Origin: Octopus sinensis
Lineage: Eukaryota
DNA length: 64,000 nucleotides
NCBI RefSeq assembly: GCF_006345805.1
Contig: NC_042999.1
Span: forward strand, 12,462,001 to 12,526,000
Direction: 5' to 3'
This document shows, piece by piece, positions 49,908 to 64,000 of this stretch. The position numbers and the translations under genes are program-made. The stretch's first letter is position 1. Each line of letters starts with the position of its first letter. The notes beneath the pieces were generated by a model, which did not search any database, was not told the origin of the DNA, and saw nothing but the letters and a program-made list of their open reading frames with translations.

Positions 49908-52900
49908 AAACATCAGCTATAAAAAAAAATGTAGGAAAATGAGATTAATACTGCATTATACTTAAAAACGTTTGATGACAGTTAAAATATTGTTGCTAAT
50001 CTCTAGGGACATAAGGGGGATAAAGTGAAAAACAAAAAGGAGCACAGATGGCTATAAAGTATTTTAGTAAAAAATTAAAATAATGTTAATATTTTTTATG
50101 GAGCAAAGGGGAAAGAGAGAGAGAGAGAGTGAGAGATGTAGGTTAACTGAAATGGCATGTACCATAGTTGCTAAGAAAAAAGGTGCGGGGATTCACATTT
50201 GCAAATAAAAACACATACAAGTCAAGCAGATAAATACAGCAGGGAGGAAGCAATCCCGTTAAAAGTAAATATAGTAGAATATGAAAATGGTTTCAGAAAG
50301 TACACAGAGCTGAGATGGGGCAAGCTATTGTGTGCGACTTGACTAGCAAGGATCTGTTGCTTTAATCAACAACCCTCTTTTGCAGTCATTTACACAGATG
50401 GCAATTCTTTGACAGTTGGCCCCATCAAATGATTAGAGATATTTTCAAAACAAAATCAAAGAAAGTGTGAAAAAAAAAAACAATGAAAAGAAGAAGAATA
50501 TTTTCACAACATGATACTTTGAAATGGTTAAGGAATGGGTTCAAAGAAAAAAAAACAAAAACAAATTAGGAAAGAAATGAAGTTCCTGTTTAGTTAAAAG
50601 CTAGTAAAAAAATAGTACTGATTAAAATAAATTTCCTAATTTAACACATTCTAAACAAGTGAATAATAACAACAAAAGGAGTTGGAAAGCTGTAATTATT
50701 CAAAATTCCATAATGTTTGTATGTTTGAATATGATAAGAGAAAAAGGAATTGTGAAATTCATGTCTTTTGCATGGAATTTGTCTCATTTCATTGCTTAAT
50801 TGTGTAAGCATGGAAAGACAGATATAAAGAAACTATCATTGCCATGGACAACAATTGTGACAATGATGAAAATGACAATGTCCGTGACAATGGAGATGAC
50901 AGTAATCACGATGATGAAGATAACCATGACAACTATTTTACAATGATAATATTGGATGATGATGGATGATGAGAAGGTGGAAGAGGATTATGATGACTTG
51001 TGCAGATTATGAATAATAACACTCAATCCGAAAGGTGGATGTAGATCACTTCAAAGTCATTCTCACAGGCCACAATAATGATGCAACCTGGAATTGACAG
51101 CAAGGCACACATTCTAATTCTCCAGACCTTACTGTGTCAGTTGCCTGAAGCTTAACCTATATTCCCTGATGGTTACCATATTGGCAGCAGTTTCTTGTTT
51201 CTATAGCTTTTTGGATATTGTTCATCACTTCAATCTGATCCATTCATTCATTATATACATGTCATCATCATCATTTAACATCCGTTTTCCATGCTGGCAT
51301 GGGTTGGATGATTTGATAGGAGCTGAACAGCTGAAGGGCTGTTCAAGCTCCATATCTGTTTTGGCATTGTTGCTATGGCTAGATGCCCTTCTTAATGCCA
51401 ACCACTATACATACATACACACAAGCATATTTATAGGTTCATACATATATGCATATATCTTTTGCATATCTCAGATTTATAGCATATTCTTGTGTGTTAT
51501 AAGAGGTGACTAAAATATTTGATGTCAGGAAGGGCATCTAAACCCCTACTAGCATGGGAAAGATGTAAAACAAGCTACCATCACTGCCAACAAAGGTGAT
51601 GATGATGATCAGTGATATGCATCAATATTAAGTTGACTGGAAATGGAAAAACATCATTACAACTTTTGAAGATTGGGTATTTTTATCACAACACTGGATG
51701 TAGACCATTCTTGATGGTCACACCCTCTTCCAGTCTGCTACCCAGCATGGTCTTTGAGGTCGTTCTCATAAGTTTTCACAATGATAAACCTCATTTCCCC
51801 CATCAGATACTATGCTGGGAGGGTAAACCATCTGAAACAACACTGAAGGAAAAAAACCCGTCATACTTTGACTGCTTCCACTGTGACCACCACTAAGGCC
51901 TACAAGTATCCAAGAAAAGACTAGATAGCAGAGAAAATGTAATATGCCTGGAACCCTATACTGTAGCTGACACGACAAACAACTGTACATTGAAGTGTAG
52001 TTCTTATTCAGAATAAAATATCAAAAGTGCAATGGTACTGTGGGCTGTACCCAGGCATTTAACCATCTACTCCTGTTTTAAGCCTGCTTGATTGAGGTTA
52101 CTCAACAACCAATACTGTAAAGAGGGAGCTTCTTTACAGTTGCTTGACACAGCAATGTAAATGTCTCTTAAGCCTCACAATCCCAGTCTATCTCAGTGAA
52201 CCTTCTTAAGTGATCATATGCCTGTTCCTGACCAGAGCCTTTAACAAGAATGGGATCCAGCTGGTAAATTAGCCTGGGGTCAGAGAACAAAAGAGGGTCC
52301 CTGTGAGTATCTGCCAGGTCCTTCTCAATAAAAACCCCACTGCACCTTGAATCTTGAGAGCTCCTCACTCCTTTCCCTCTTGGAGTCCTGAAAGCATACT
52401 TGTTTGTCTTGCTAAATTTCTCTTGGAGGCCTTGTTCCTGAGATATGTAGAATTATGAGCATTATCTAATATCTGTAGAAGATTTCAACTCAATAAATTA
52501 AGATACATGAAAAAAGAAAAAAAAAGCACTTGATAATTTTGCTTCTACATGCAAAGTAATAACGAAATCTCTCTTTAAAATCTTGTTACTATTTTCATAA
52601 TGAGGACGCAGGAAACACAGCAAGTCTATCATAAAAGCAGATTAAAATGCTGACATAATTCCATTCTTTGAATGGCTAAACAAGTCTGCTAAAGCAGTGC
52701 TGGAGTGAGTATGCTGTTGCCACTACTACTACCAGCATCACCAATGTAGTTGCCACCACCACAATTATCAACACAAACTCATAAACAAACATCATACCAT
52801 GCAAATTTAAGAATGACTAATGCATTTGAATTTGTATTGTTAAGCAGTTTTCAATGTCACAGAATTTCAATTCCAAATATTTTTCTGTTTGAACAACAGC

Positions 52901-53630
52901 AATTCTCTGGTGACTTTGAGTTTAAAAACTAGGAGGAAAATAAGTAAATGACAATTCAAAATGCTGTGTTTCTAACTGAATCACTTCCATATATAGGCTA
53001 TATGTAACTGATGAAGCCCTATCTGTTTGAAACAATCTATGGGTTTCATGATTATCTCACTGAACTTGCTTACTTTAACGTGTGTAATTCATTGTTTTAC
53101 TGTGAAGGTAAAATAAATTTCAAAGTGATAGGCATCAACTTACAGAGGATTTGATACTAAAAAAGATGGAATACTGTTGTGGTCCAATGCAACCTGTGTG
53201 GGTCTAGAGAATAACAAGATCCCTTACTTAAAAATCAGGTAAAGGTTAGTGATAGGAAGGGCATCTGGCAGTAAAACACTGCCTCAATAATATATTTGTC
53301 TTATCCATGTTAGCATGAAAAGAATGAATGTAAAAGTGAAGGAAATGATAGAATGAATCAGTCTGAAGAGAGAATTATACCCTACACCCTTTCCATTTTG
53401 GCCCACCTTAACTAGACTATAAGAGAATAACTAAGTGGGAGTTATGTAACTGATGTTTGATCCAGGTGGTTTTTTAAGTTAGGGAAAAGAAGGAAAATAT
53501 AAGCAAGAAGAAAATTCCACAGGACTTTGATTCTTGGAAGAAAGATTGGACTAAAGGTTTATAACACAAGCATATGTAGGGACAATGGGCTTGAATATGT
53601 AGGGACAATGCACTATATAGGTTTAGTATA

Positions 53631-54853
53631 TAGGGTGTCCCAAAATTAAGGCAACCAACTTTTTTCAATTTTGCCAAATCAAAATATTGTTACATTTCAG
53701 GCCCAAGCATTGCAAGGAAACACACAATTAGGACACCACCACATTTATTCGATATGACCACCTCTGTTTTGAATCACAACCTTAAGTCTAGGTGCGAATG
53801 CTTCACATGTGCCATGCGGCTGTTTTTGTGGAATTGAAGCTCATTCCTGGTGCAGTTTTGCCTTCAGAGCATCAAGTGAAGCATTTGGAGTGCTCAACAC
53901 CCTTGTCTCCAAAATAGATCAGAAAGAAAAATTCAACAGGTTGGGATAATGGCTTCTTGAGGGTCATACATCTTTTTCTATGAAAGATGGAGTGTTTTTC
54001 TGAACCCGATGTTGTGTTTGTTTGGAGCTGTGGGATGGTGCTGAGTCCTGCTGTTCAGCTTCCAGAATGTTGCTGATGTATCACTGGTTGTTAATTTTAA
54101 CACCTGAGGGCACAAAAGAAGGGGAGACTTTCAGTGGCTATCACAGCTGTCCAAACCATAACTAACAGTGGATTTTTAACATCAGTTTATGAGTTTACCC
54201 TCGAAGGAGCCAGATACACCATAGTTGGTCATTCTGGTGGTTTACTGTCTGTTTGAGGTCAAATTTCTTTATATCAATAAATACCACATTAGGCAGCATG
54301 CTTTTAGAAATCTGAAGCAGGGTAAAATGACTTCTCTCCAGTTTCATAGCCTTATAAACTTGCATGAGCTCATGATGGCAGACCATCTTGTGGGAGTGGG
54401 TCCTGAGAGCCTCCTTCAGCACTCGATACGTCAATGTCTGTCTATTTTGCTATGGCAGCCATTTTTGTGATGGAATGATAAGAATTTCGCTGTATCTTTT
54501 CTCTGGTACTTTTGATAAGCTGAGGAGTCTGCACACTTCTTTTTTGGCCACATCCAGGTTGATCACCAGAGGAACCAGTCTCTTGAAATTTCTTGATAAT
54601 TTTCCAGGCTGTTGTTCTGTTAATTTTAAGCTTTTTTGCTGTAGCTGTATTACTTTTGCCTCCTTTGTGGAGGGTTATAATTGTCCTTCAGTCTATAGCC
54701 ATTATCTAATTTATTAATCTGAATTTATTTAGTCTGAAATAAAAAGAAGACACACTAAGCTTTTATAATGATGGATAATTTTCAAAAATTATCACATTTA
54801 TTGGAAGTTATTAAAGCCTGAAGCTTCAGTTGCCTTTATTTCAGGGCACCCTG
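53631..54853 (-). mobile_element. maT/DD37D-type Tc1-mariner transposon, decayed, both TIRs present
   Basis: TIRs AGGGTGTCCCAAAATTAAGGCAAC and (rc) CAGGGTGCCCTGAAATAAAGGCAAC. The minus strand reads VVFIDIKKFD..VNHQND, VMVWTAV, QQDSAPSH and GGHIE*. There are 37 residues from the second D to the position of the third (mutated to N). Confidence 0.8.
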
Positions 54854-56675
54854 GACACACACACAAACTCAGAGAGGGTTTTTTCATTTTCTCTCAATGA
54901 CATCTACTTACAAGGCTTTGGTTCGCCCTGGATTTACTAAAAGACACTTGCCCAAGGTCCACACTGTAGAACTGAATCTGAAACTATGTGGTTGGGAAGT
55001 AGACACATTAACCAAACCGTCGTGCCTGTGCCTATCACCATGTTACGATGTCACAACACAAAATATTTCTAATGATTGTGTCAAGGATATGATATTATAT
55101 TTTGGTGAAATAAAGAGAAATGAATGTAGCAAATTAACAGAGACTAGATAAGAAGATTATTTCAGTCGAACAGTCCCCCCGACCTCCATCCCCCTGCCAC
55201 CAATCAGCTTTAATTGCATAGGCCCATAACAAGGAAGTACTAATCAAACATAGCAAGCCATCCACATCCTTAAATACAACCAAATCCTGTTTGTTTGTTT
55301 TTATTAGCAAAGGCATGTTGTTCTGAGATGAAGACCTTAAACAGATGTTGTTCGACATTTGTTGAAGAAGATACAGTTTGGATGTGGTTGGGTTATATAA
55401 GTTACCAGACTGATTCATGAATGGAAATGGTTTTTTAACAGGAGCATTACAACCAATGCCCTGTGGTGATGCAGTTAGTGCATAAAGAATGTCACAGGAG
55501 TTTCTCAGATATTTCTAACAAATCAATTCTAGAAAATTATCTCTGCTGCTATAAATATTAGTATTAACATTTATGATGATATTAATATTAATATTTACAA
55601 TGATATTTGTTAATATTTGTGATGATAATATGAATATATATGGTGATAATGATGATATTAGGAATATTTAATATGATGACATTAAGAAGATATTGCCAAA
55701 ATAAGTTAACCAGGATTCAAAATTCAAATAGAAATCATAAATCATATTCTTGAAAATCACAATGAAATGATAGTGTTTGAGAAAACTAAAAAGGTAGCAA
55801 GAACCTAATAAATCTCTATTATAATTCTGTTTGTTCATTTGTTCACATGTTACACTTTAGTTTGTTACAGAGAGGTGGAGTGAGAGTGACAGAGAAGGGG
55901 GGAGAGAGAGAGAGAGAGTGACAGAGAAGAAGGGAAAGAGAGAGCGAGAGAGGGGTGAAAGTAAATGAGAGAATAGATAGCCACTTCCATTAATCATGTG
56001 GTTAGTGGAAGTGAGAGAGAAAGAGAGAAATGTTAACAATGGGGAAAGGGAATTATATGGTTAAAATGTTTGTTGAAGTAAGAGGAAGAGAGGAAGAGAC
56101 ATATAAAGTGTTTAGCAGAGGGAAATTTTAAAATCATCTAATCTATTATTGTGACTGGAAGAGGAATAACTTAGCAGCAAAATAGCTGTGGATGTTTTTT
56201 TTTCTTTTTTGCAATGCAATTGAAACTAATCTTATAAATAAAAACATTGTGCATATTCTCTATATAGTTTTGCCTACGTTAATTGTATATAATGAAATCA
56301 TGATAAAATATTGCATAATAAGGAATATACAATTTTATACTGTTCTTGCAATTTCAATAGAATTAAATACTAATGAATGATACAAGTATTAAGTATTGTA
56401 TAGATTATTGCATATTTTTTCTATCATTTATTCCACAAGTCACAATAAGATTTGTATGCAATAAAAATGCAAATCAGCCTTTCTTTCTTAAACAGCTCCT
56501 CTAAATTTTCTTTTGTCCTGTGAAATTTCCATGGGCCTCACTAGTTATATATGTTATGTTCTCCACTTTTTCAATACCCTCTCTGACCATCCCCTGTCTT
56601 TCCTTTTAAGATATGCCTCACCACTCTTATCTATTTCTCTTTCATGTTCCTACACCTTCTGTCATACTTATAAAG

Positions 56676-57000
56676 GCACGTGGCTTGGCGGTTAGGGTAA
56701 TTGGCTCAAAACCAAGAGGTCAGAATGTTGATTCCTGGAGGCACATTGTGCCTTTGAACAAGAGACTTATTTCATGTTGCTCCAGTTCACTCATCTGGCA
56801 AAAATGAACTGTTCTTGTAATTCAAAGGGCCAACTTTGTTACATTCTGTGTCACGTTAACTCTACCTGAGATCTAAATTAAGGGTATGCATGTCTGTGGA
56901 GTGCTCAGCCACTTGCACATTAATTTCATGAGCAGGCTGTTCCATTTATTAAATCAAATGGAACCCTTCATTGTCATAGCCAACAGAATGCCAGTTAGTT
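56676..57000 (+). mobile_element. tRNA-derived SINE, distinct family
   Basis: GTGGCTTGGCGG head, GTTGATTCC B-box-like motif, and TGTGCCTTTGAACAAGAGACTT central block. Confidence 0.6.
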
Positions 57001-58368
57001 ACTTGTCCTCATAATGTGGGGTAGCCCTAGAAGTCCCTACACAACCCCTTTACAATTGTCTCCTCCCTTTCTCACTAACTCCTGACACTAATTTCTTTTT
57101 CCCCCCCTGCTCCTTCCATATTCATCCCCCAACACTCTACTTTCTTTCTCACTCTCTCTCTTTCTCCACCACCACCCTCTGACAGCTATAAACCAATTCC
57201 TCTCATCATATTTCACTTTCTCTCATTACTTCACCAAGAATCTTAGTAGCTTCTTTCTTCTATTCTCCCTTTATTATAGAGTTCACTTTAAGTTCTTAAT
57301 CTTCAAAGTTGCAAGGCAACCTCACTAGTGCTGGTGTCATGAGAAAAGTACCAAGTACATTCTGTAAAATGGCTGGCATAAGGGCATACAGCTATAGAAA
57401 CCGTGCCAAAGCAGAAAATGGAGCAAATCGTAATCCTGCAACTTGGAGTCTGTCAAACTGTTCAAACAATACCAACATGGAAGACATCAAATGATGATGG
57501 CGTTACGTTATGGGCAGAAGGTGAAGATTAGTAATAGAAATCTTGTAATATGTTGTGAAGTAGGAGTTGATGGGAAACAGTGTTGGCTACAAAAAGACTT
57601 TGATATAAGGAAGTTACGACTGATATAAAAATATGGTTAGGATAAAACAGAAGGAACAAATGGAGAGAGAGAGTTTGCTTAGTTATAAAACATGCTGTCA
57701 TCAGAAGTTGAACAACTGATAATAATAATAATAATGATAGCATTGGTGGTAGTCCATGGGATGGTGGTGAAAATAATAATAATGATGATGACAACTATGA
57801 AAAAGGAGAAATGTTCAGCTGATTCTGAATAATGGCCTGAAAGAAACTTCTGAAAGTTTCTAAAGCTCACACTGAGAGCATTATCTCTAAACGAAGCATC
57901 ACTCAGACACACAGGGTAACAGTGTCAGATGTGTGACAAATAAATTGTTGACACAATGGTTATTAGTACCAGATGTGTGTCTAGCATGCAGTGACTACTA
58001 AAAAAATGAACTAATTTATTAAGGGGTAATTCATTTTTTGTAAGGAAAGGCCACAATTGCTTTAACAGAAACTGGATAAGACCTCATACTGATTATTTGA
58101 TATCTAAAACAGAATGCTTTTTTTATTTACATATGTATGCTAATTTTAAAAATAATGTTTGGTTATATAGCCTTTGCAGGCTATATTCATTCTCCTTTCT
58201 TTAATGGAGCTGTATTCCTAGGTCAAACAAAGACCAAAACAGACTCGTCTCTTTGCATCTGGAATGTTTTCCGGTTAGATAATGCAGCATGTGGAACTTT
58301 CATCCTTGAATTCAACAAGGGATTAATGGTGGGTAAGAGCAATGACATTCTTGACGAGGTTCTAGTCA

Positions 58369-58627
58369 TCAACAAAAATCAACTGAACAGATTTCTGTGA
58401 AGGACTTTGAACACTGAAACCGTAGATAACTTCTAGAAATTGCTGGCATGCCAACACCACCAAAGGGAATTGCCAGTTCAGGATAAAATTTCAAAAGTGC
58501 AGAATGATGAAACCATTCCATATATGCTTCTTCAATGTCCAAGTATTGCTCATTTGTGTAAGTAATGTTGGACAGCAATAGTTGTATGTAGGAGCGATCC
58601 AACAAATAGCCGAGTCCATCACAGGGA
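58369..58627 (-). CDS. Candidate terminal exon, glycosyltransferase family 31 (galactosyltransferase/Fringe-like) C-terminal region
   Basis: SPCDGLGYLLDRSYIQLLL...YLDIEEAYMEW resembles the GT31 pattern P(Y)C.G.GY(V)LS...L..EDVY.G. Candidate acceptor ttgtgcag| with CTAAT upstream. The frame ends in TGA. No other exons of the gene were found. Confidence 0.4.
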
Positions 58628-61600
58628 CTGCACAACTTACTTTCATTAGAAAAGTAGGTAATTCTATTCTATCTGGTAGCTGTGGTGTAGGAGATTATAT
58701 AGCAGGCAAGATTGAAAGGACAACAGATGAGAGTGGTGAGAATGGTCTGTGTATATAGGTTTATTTTTAGCATGTGCTAGTAGGATGGAGAAGACAGCTA
58801 AGAGAAGGTAACTTTACTGACACCTGTGTGGAACCTTGTTTGTATAGGCTTTGGAACAAGGGGTGCAGCAGTTGCAAGTGCACCCCCTAAAATTTTTTAG
58901 AAGCAATGAAAACACTTTGAACATCTTGGTTTGGACCTGGGTTGCAGCCCTAAGCAAAATTTGTTGTTGCACTTATGTCTATTTGAATTGAAGTGACCAA
59001 AGTGAGCCAAATTTAATATCAAGCTGTTCAGAGCTCTCTTCTGGTTGGGGACAATAAGAATAAAGGAAAAAAGTTAAACTCAAAATGCTCTAAAATGATT
59101 GGTTTCTTACTCCTTGCTAAATATGAGAAGGTGAACTGAAGGGGCAAGAATGAGATAAGAAGAGTCTATGAAAGAATACGGTATCCATCTACTAAATTCA
59201 TTGACAAAGCATTAGTTAACCTGGACCTATGGCAGATGACACCTGCCCAAGAGGCCACACAATGGAATTGAACCTGAAACGAGTTCATATGGTTGTAAAG
59301 TGAACTCCTTAACTGCACAGCCAAGCCTGCACAACTATGTGTATATATTCAGAGAATGTGATGTGTTTAATATAGCACAATTGTGTGCTTGGTGCCATAC
59401 TGTAGAAATAATAGTTGGTATAATATTAGTACGACAAAGTTTGCAGTATGTTTGAACTTTAATCTCTTCATGATCTACAAGGGTTTATAAAACCAGTGGC
59501 TAAACATGGTTTCTGTAGCATTAAAAGACTGAGAGATTCATCTACTTCAGAGTGGACTCTAGTCTGCAGCTGATAACTTTTCCAACAGGGCTTAGTTGAA
59601 ATCCATCACTGACTGGGTAATCTGAGTCCTATAAAACTGTCTTGTTCTGAGACGCATAAATTCCTGCAATGGAATAGGCGCTCATGACATACAAAGTGCT
59701 ACAACATTTATACTGTAAGCAGTTTGGGTTAATATTTCACAAACGAGCTTTGTAAAAGAAAAAAAAACAAAGCAAAATGAAGAAACATTTTTTTTTTACT
59801 TTTTTTTATTAATACTGTTTTACTTTATTTTAGATTGTTTGTCTTTGTTTACAGAAATATTTCTGACAACACAATGGAATTGTAATCCATCTCTAGCAAA
59901 AAGAGAATCACATACATACACGCATATGTGGGCATGGTTATTTGGTTAAAAAGTTCACTTCTCTATTACGTTGTTTTGCGTTCAGTCCACTGCATGGCAT
60001 TTTGTGTATGCTAGAATGACTTCCCAATGGTTGATGAGATTGAATTACTAGAGTCAAAGAATCATTGAATAACACACATAAAACAGAAATACATTGACCC
60101 AGAATATATTGGGTCAAAGGTCTACTATTAAAGATGTTTCCCTACAGAATTCAAGAGAGAATACATTAGAATGATTTATCATTATCATTTGTATAATTGC
60201 TGTTCAGTAATTATGCAGAACCATCTTTGCTGCTGCAGTTACCACTGCCATTCACTGTATCTCTTCATGGTAGTAAATTACATTGAGACTAGGCAATAAA
60301 GAGTCAAGTATTTTTACAAGAGAAACCACCCAGTCTCGTAAAAGGGTACACACTGTCAACCATTAGTCAGTCACTAGTTCAACAGCATCATATCAGCTAG
60401 TAGCAACACAAGTTTTAAATCTATTTTGCTACTTAAATGCAAATTATATGTGCATTCTAGCATCAGAACTTAAACAAATAAAGAATCTGTAGTTATACGA
60501 CATACCATCATCATGTAATGTGCGCCCTTCCATAGGTTGGACTGTTTAAAAGGCACTGGTTAGGCAGGAGCCTACACTAGATGTCTGTGTTTGTTTTGGC
60601 AGGGTTTTTACAGCTGGATGCCCTTCTTAACAGTAAGAGTGGCTTATGTTGCAAATTGATGATGGCACAACATGAACATTATTATTAATGACATCACAGA
60701 GGGTGGTCAATAGAAATAGCAGAACAACAGATTAAAAACCTTCTAGAACTTAGTTATGCCACCTTGTTTTGTGTTCAAAATCTTGTTAAGATCAATATTG
60801 TCTTTCATCTCTCAAAATTCTTAAGGTCGTTTCAATTGACTGCACACCCCCCCCACCAACACTCTCCTCAAACACATGTGGCTTTCGGCCAATACTACAC
60901 AAGTTAGCTCATTGTTATTCTAAAGATGGATGAAAATTGCAATCAAAGTAGAGTTGTCAGGTGAGCAATATGTTCTTGTAAGAAGAGATTTAACATGTTG
61001 CATATATGAATACAATGATTCATATACATGTGTTGTGGAACATGAAGACTAGCAACTAAATAGATGTCAATTCAGTTCTTATTAGAGCTATATTGTGTTA
61101 AATTCCATAAAAGGGCACTTAACTGTGGTTGCTTCAATCTGCATGACAAACAAGAACAAGTTTGAGTGCGAATTTACAATTGAGTGGTTAGGAGCAGGAA
61201 GAGCATTCAGCTGTAAAAATATCTTATCCAATCAAAACCTTCCATTCATGTGAGCACAGAGACAAATGGGCATGACCAAATATATATGTGGTCTTGGTTT
61301 CAGTCTAACTGCACAGAACCTTGAGCAAGCATCTTCTACAATGGCCCTAGGCTGACCAATGTCTTATGAATGAAATTGGTAGACAAAAACTGAAAGAAGC
61401 TAATTGTATATGTATACCATTATCATCATCACCATTTAATATCTGCCTTACACACTGGCTAGGGTTGGTTTAATAGCCAAAAGACTCCATTAAGCTTTAC
61501 TGTCTGTTTTGGCATGGTTTTTACAGCTGGACGCCCTTCCTAATTCCAATCACTTTACAGAGTGAACTATGTATTGTTGGTCTGTATGTGTTTGCATCTG

Positions 61601-62519
61601 TGATGTTATGAGCTAAGATGGCAGGTGAGGTGAGAAAGGAGGTGACGAGGTGTGTGTAGGGGGAGGGCGTCCCTTTTCTAGCCAGAAGGAGGTGATACCA
61701 GTGTGTTGGCAAAGTGAGGGACAAGTGAAGGAGAAATCATGGGCTTCACAGGGCGTAGACTTTTCCTTCTGCATTATTTTTGTGGTGTAACCTGCTGCTC
61801 CTTTCTTCAGTGGGAAACGGGAGCATGAGTTGTTTTCTTCTGTTTGCTTAAGCCCCATTAATCTCCTTGTCTTGACATGACCCCAATAGATGTAAATGAC
61901 TGCCACTGTCATACAAGCAGTGTTATTCATTCGCAATATTCTGTGGAAAACATGTCTGGCCATAGGGAAACATTATCCCTGCTTAGAAACATGTGAAAAA
62001 CTAGTGGCAGGAGAGCCTCTGAAAATATTTCCTAATAAAGTGAATTCCATCAATGCAAGCATGGAAAAGTGAAGGTTAAAGTGGTGATGATGATGATGAT
62101 GAAAGGAGCATCTGAATAAGATTGGATAATAAATTAAGGAATAGGGAAAAATAATTACAGAAGCCAGATTCTTTTCTGTTAGAGATCTTAACAGTTTCAG
62201 AGGGATGAAGCATGAAATGCATTTGTTGCCATGGATATCCAGCACTGAATTAATGATGCTTAGGTATAATGATTATCTGACTAATTTTAAGATCTAGAAT
62301 GCTTGAGCTGGAATTACAAGGAAAATTAGTAATATTAGTGAATTATTGAAAATTATTGAACAGTCTGACTCCATGTAATGTGGGAAGAACATTGGAAATG
62401 ATAGAGAACTAGAATATGCTCCCCATAGGATTTTACTAACTCTAATCCATATTCCTCTGAGATTAACTCCTTTGACTTTTTCTATTTTATTAGCCACAAT
62501 TTAAAAGAGATGCACTTAA

Positions 62520-62895
62520 CTAGACTGCCTCCTCTTGAGAACACCCTGGTTTTATGGATACAAACTTCTTGTTTTAAAGTATTCTAGATTAAAACCTTCC
62601 CTTGAAATTTCAATTTGATTTATATTGCAAACACCAGTTTATTAATGACAAAGTTATTTTACCAAATTCTTCATTATTTTCAAAACTGATTAAAATAAAA
62701 GCAGAATTTCACCAGAAGTATAGTAACAAAAGGGTTTAATAACGACAAAGATATTTTATAGAATTCTTCATTATTTCCACAATTAATTGAAACAAAAGCA
62801 GCGTATTTCAACAAAAATATGGTAACAAAAGGAATAAATAACAAAGCTTACAAAATAATTTGTTATTTTCAAAATTGATTAAAACAAAAGCAATC
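62520..62895 (+). mobile_element. TTAA-MITE family copy with tandemly repeated right ends
   Basis: The block TTCTTCATTATTT..AAAATT(G)ATT(G)AAAC/TAAAAGCA...GTAACAAAAGG occurs twice in full plus once in part. Confidence 0.6.
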
Positions 62896-64000
62896 TCATA
62901 TGAAATGAGTTAAAGTTCTAAGATTGGATAATGTCATGCAAACTAAAAGACATCTATGATTACTACTGGCACTGGAAATGACCCAAATCTGAGCTAAAAC
63001 CATGTTGTTAGGCAGATAAGGTACAGTCTGCAGGTCTTGGGTTCAAGCTGTGTTGCTGCCACATTAGCTGACTTAATTTACCTTACTTCAAACATAGATA
63101 TTAATCTCACTTTCAATAAAGTGGTTGGTGTGAGGAGGAGGAGGAGGTAGCCAAACTCAAAACAGATGACTTTAATCAAACCCCTCCATAAAACAGAAAC
63201 ACCAAGATGAAGTTGTTCTTTAAACTGCAAGTCAAAAACCAGTTTTTTAATACTATCAAAATGAGATGAAGGGAATGAGCAGTGCTTATCAGTTCCACTG
63301 ACATGGAAATCAAATTTTCAGCATGGACTACATACAACACTAAATTCTTGGTTTGTGTTAAAAACCTCATAAAAATAAATTTTCGCTCAGCTTTTTATTT
63401 GACATTCCTTTTTGTCAGATTAAATTTTTTTACATCCATCATCTCTATGCAATAATAAAAACAAATATGTCACAAAATATGATAAAATAAATGCAAAGTT
63501 TACCATTTTTTAAATTCATTCTTTCTGATTGATTTATACATGCAAGTTATTAGAAAATTCCTCCTTCTCTGCATCCTCATTATCAAAATTTAATGTCCAC
63601 CTTCCATACTGGCAAAAAATGGATAGTTTGACAAGATCCTACAAGCTGCAGGACTGCATCAAGTTCCAATGTTTGTTTTGTTATGGTTTCTACAGCTGAA
63701 TACCAATCCTACTGCCAACCACTTTACAGAGTGGGCTCGATACTGGCATCAGTAAGGACACCAAATAACTTGCAAGACAAAGAAAGAGAAGAGCCCTGCT
63801 CCTGAAACTAAGTGGGGTTGTAGTAGAGAGGGAGGTGTCTTTATGCTACATGTGAAAAGGCCAGAGCATGAAATAGGGACTGGCAGAGGTGTCTTGCAAT
63901 AAAAGAAATACATGTCTAACTCACATTATAATAGGAGTGGGTGAAAGTAGCTTTAAAAAAAAAAGGATAAAGATGATGGTGACAAGATGTCAAAGCATAC

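Noticed and set aside
50840-51000. Asp-rich coding-like stretch
   Set aside because: Degenerate (GAT/GAC/AAT)n low-complexity DNA with stops, similar to other microsatellite relics at 43630-43730 and 55560-55690.
52168-52400. Minus-strand ORF (…DPRLIYQLDPILVKG…) after an acceptor-like site
   Set aside because: No recognisable domain. It may be a decayed retroelement piece and the evidence is insufficient.
53005-53050. CTGATGA...GAAAC hammerhead core
   Set aside because: Stems I and II do not pair convincingly, so it is a chance match (likewise at 434, 12391 and 17945).
63080-63370. Minus-strand ORFs / exon candidate near the window end
   Set aside because: The splice signals are plausible but the peptide is L/F/I-biased as expected for T-rich DNA, and no family is recognised.

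Overview
AT-rich eukaryotic (metazoan) genomic DNA that is mostly intronic or intergenic and dense in repeats. The SINE, RTE and MITE families look like those of an octopus or other cephalopod (inference from pattern recognition, not a database search). The clearest host-gene evidence is two spliced minus-strand exons (18978-19236 and 13552-13611) encoding the DUF21/CNNM transmembrane domain of a plant/fungal-type CNNM protein. There is also a candidate GT31-like terminal exon (58369-58627, minus strand) and a few weaker orphan exon candidates. The rest is a layered mobile-element landscape: many copies of one RTE LINE family whose RT carries an inserted C4HC3 PHD finger and which repeatedly sits in (TA)n microsatellites; a 1.9-kb array of tandemly amplified RTE 3' ends built from 62-nt hairpin modules; a second, BovB-like RTE lineage; CR1/L2, Penelope-like, Dong/R4-like and Gypsy fragments; mariner, TRT (DD37E), maT (DD37D), Tigger and Tc2/pogo DNA transposons; TTAA-flanked MITEs; a Helitron-like element; and tRNA-derived SINEs. 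No intact autonomous element, rRNA, true tRNA or CRISPR array is supported. Most short ORFs in the track are spurious.
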